Assembly: GCA_964035545.1 (NCBI GenBank) | Contig: OZ037767.1 | Span: forward strand, 6,588,707 to 6,652,706 | Length of the DNA stretch: 64,000 nt | Direction: 5' to 3' | Source of the DNA: Bugula neritina | Taxonomy: Eukaryota > Animalia > Bryozoa | In this document: piece by piece, positions 62,906-64,000 of the stretch | Numbering within the stretch: position 1 is the stretch's first letter | Layout of the letters: each line of letters opens with the position of its first letter | Made by a program: the position numbers and the translations under genes | Notes under the pieces: model-generated | The model's database searches: none | The model's input: only the letters and a program-made list of their open reading frames with translations | Told to the model about the DNA's origin: nothing

Positions 62906-63241
62906 CAGAGATGTCCAACCTTTTCAGACCGAGGGCCACTGAAAGAGACTATTTCATGGTGAGGGCCATGTTTTAAACTTTAGCTTGAGCTGAGGGCCAC
63001 AGCATCAGTAGGTTTTAAGTTACTTTATTCCAAATTCTTATGGATCATTACGCAAAAAAGCCCAAATAGTTACTATACAGGCTTGCATGTATGTTTTGTA
63101 TAAATAAGACATTTAGAAAAGGTTTTTAAATCTAATTTATATAAGGTGTGAATGGTAACTTTATGTGTTATGCTTTTGAGGACCACATAAATGTAGGTGG
63201 GAGCCACATCTGAGGCTGAGGCCGCCTGTTGGACAGCCCTG
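62906..63241 (-). mobile_element. hAT MITE (336 bp), same family as 11030-12739, opposite orientation
   Basis: Ends CAGAGATGTCCAACCTTTTCAGACCGAGGGCC and GGCCGCCTGTTGGACAGCCCTG; TSD CTTTAAAG / CTTTAGAG. Confidence 0.88.
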
Positions 63242-63442
63242 CTTTAGAGCGTATATTTACTTGCGCGGTAGCAGTCAAAGGCTCTATGGCATCAATTTTA
63301 ATAATTTGTTAGTAATAAAAAGTGATTTCAAGCTCAGGCTTGGTTTCCCTTCAGTACTTAGTTGCTGATGCTTATAACTGTGTTATTATATAACTTTTAC
63401 AACAATAAGTAATCAACTAATACTGAAAGATTACTTTGTTTT

Positions 63443-63940
63443 TTAGCTGTAAAAGTTATAAATTCTGCTGGCAACTGTTACACCAACATCAAAATCAGAA
63501 ACCAAGACCTTTAAAACTTCAAGCAAGTTTCTGTAAACTTGTTCATTTGCTGTTACATGATTTTTATCATTTATAGCCCATGTCTCAGAATTAGCAAGTA
63601 CTGAACCCCATTGCAGAGTTCTGAAATTATCATAAAGGCAGGCCAATAAACAAAGAATGATGACAATATCCAGTGTCATTTCTAACTTTTGGTCTACGGA
63701 TTTGATTGAGCTTAAGTAACCTGTGGCTGCAGTTTGGAACTGATTCATTTTTTCTTTTCCAAAAATATCATCTAAGGATTTGCCTCCAATTTTTATCATG
63801 CCAACAACAGCTTGTAACTCTCTTCTGTTATCGACTGCTTCACGAACTTTAGGAACCCATTTCTGAATTTGGTCCCTCAGGAAAGTTTGGACAGTTTGAT
63901 CATTTACATTATTTAAATCTTCCAACAGCTCTAAATCCAC
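63443..63940 (-). CDS. Orphan array copy 5 (165 codons; GTG in place of ATG; lacks the hydrophobic tail; truncated gene or pseudogene)
   Basis: Clear paralogy (W..K..EA, IGGKSLDDIFG, ILCLLAC, NEQVYRNL); acceptor TTTCAG|A GTG; its exon 1 would lie outside the window. Confidence 0.6.
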   Translation of the reverse strand: MDLELLEDLNNVNDQTVQTFLRDQIQKWVPKVREAVDNRRELQAVVGMIKIGGKSLDDIFGKEKMNQFQTAATGYLSSIKSVDQKLEMTLDIVIILCLLACLYDNFRTLQWGSVLANSETWAINDKNHVTANEQVYRNLLEVLKVLVSDFDVGVTVASRIYNFYS

Positions 63941-64000
63941 TCTGAAAATAAATTTATTGGAATGAGTGGAAAAAGTCCATAATTATAATGATAGGCAAAG

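Overview
AT-rich, intron-rich eukaryotic DNA, most likely from an invertebrate animal (inference; the species cannot be determined from the sequence). 1-29.4 kb (+): the 3' part of an axonemal inner-arm dynein heavy chain gene, DNAH10-like. I traced 51 exons by hand, including all four P-loops and the DNAH10-type C-terminus. Its introns carry hAT elements, tRNA-derived SINEs, a ~420-bp palindrome, one GC-AG intron, a nested antisense pseudogene, and several tandem repeats copied from the splice junctions themselves. 30.1-31.0 kb (-): a small multi-exon orphan gene. 33.6-36.8 kb (+): a secreted protein resembling a cysteine-less anti-lipopolysaccharide factor (ALF). 38-64 kb (-): a tandem array of five paralogues of an unrecognised ~215-aa helical protein with a hydrophobic C-terminal tail; three are intact, one is a pseudogene and one is truncated. 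The array copies share a 5' exon and a promoter module, and in a hand-counted sample their coding sequence is more diverged than their intron. The array plus the ALF-like gene is the best candidate for an undescribed, possibly defence-related system. All alignments and counts were done by eye; no database searches were run.
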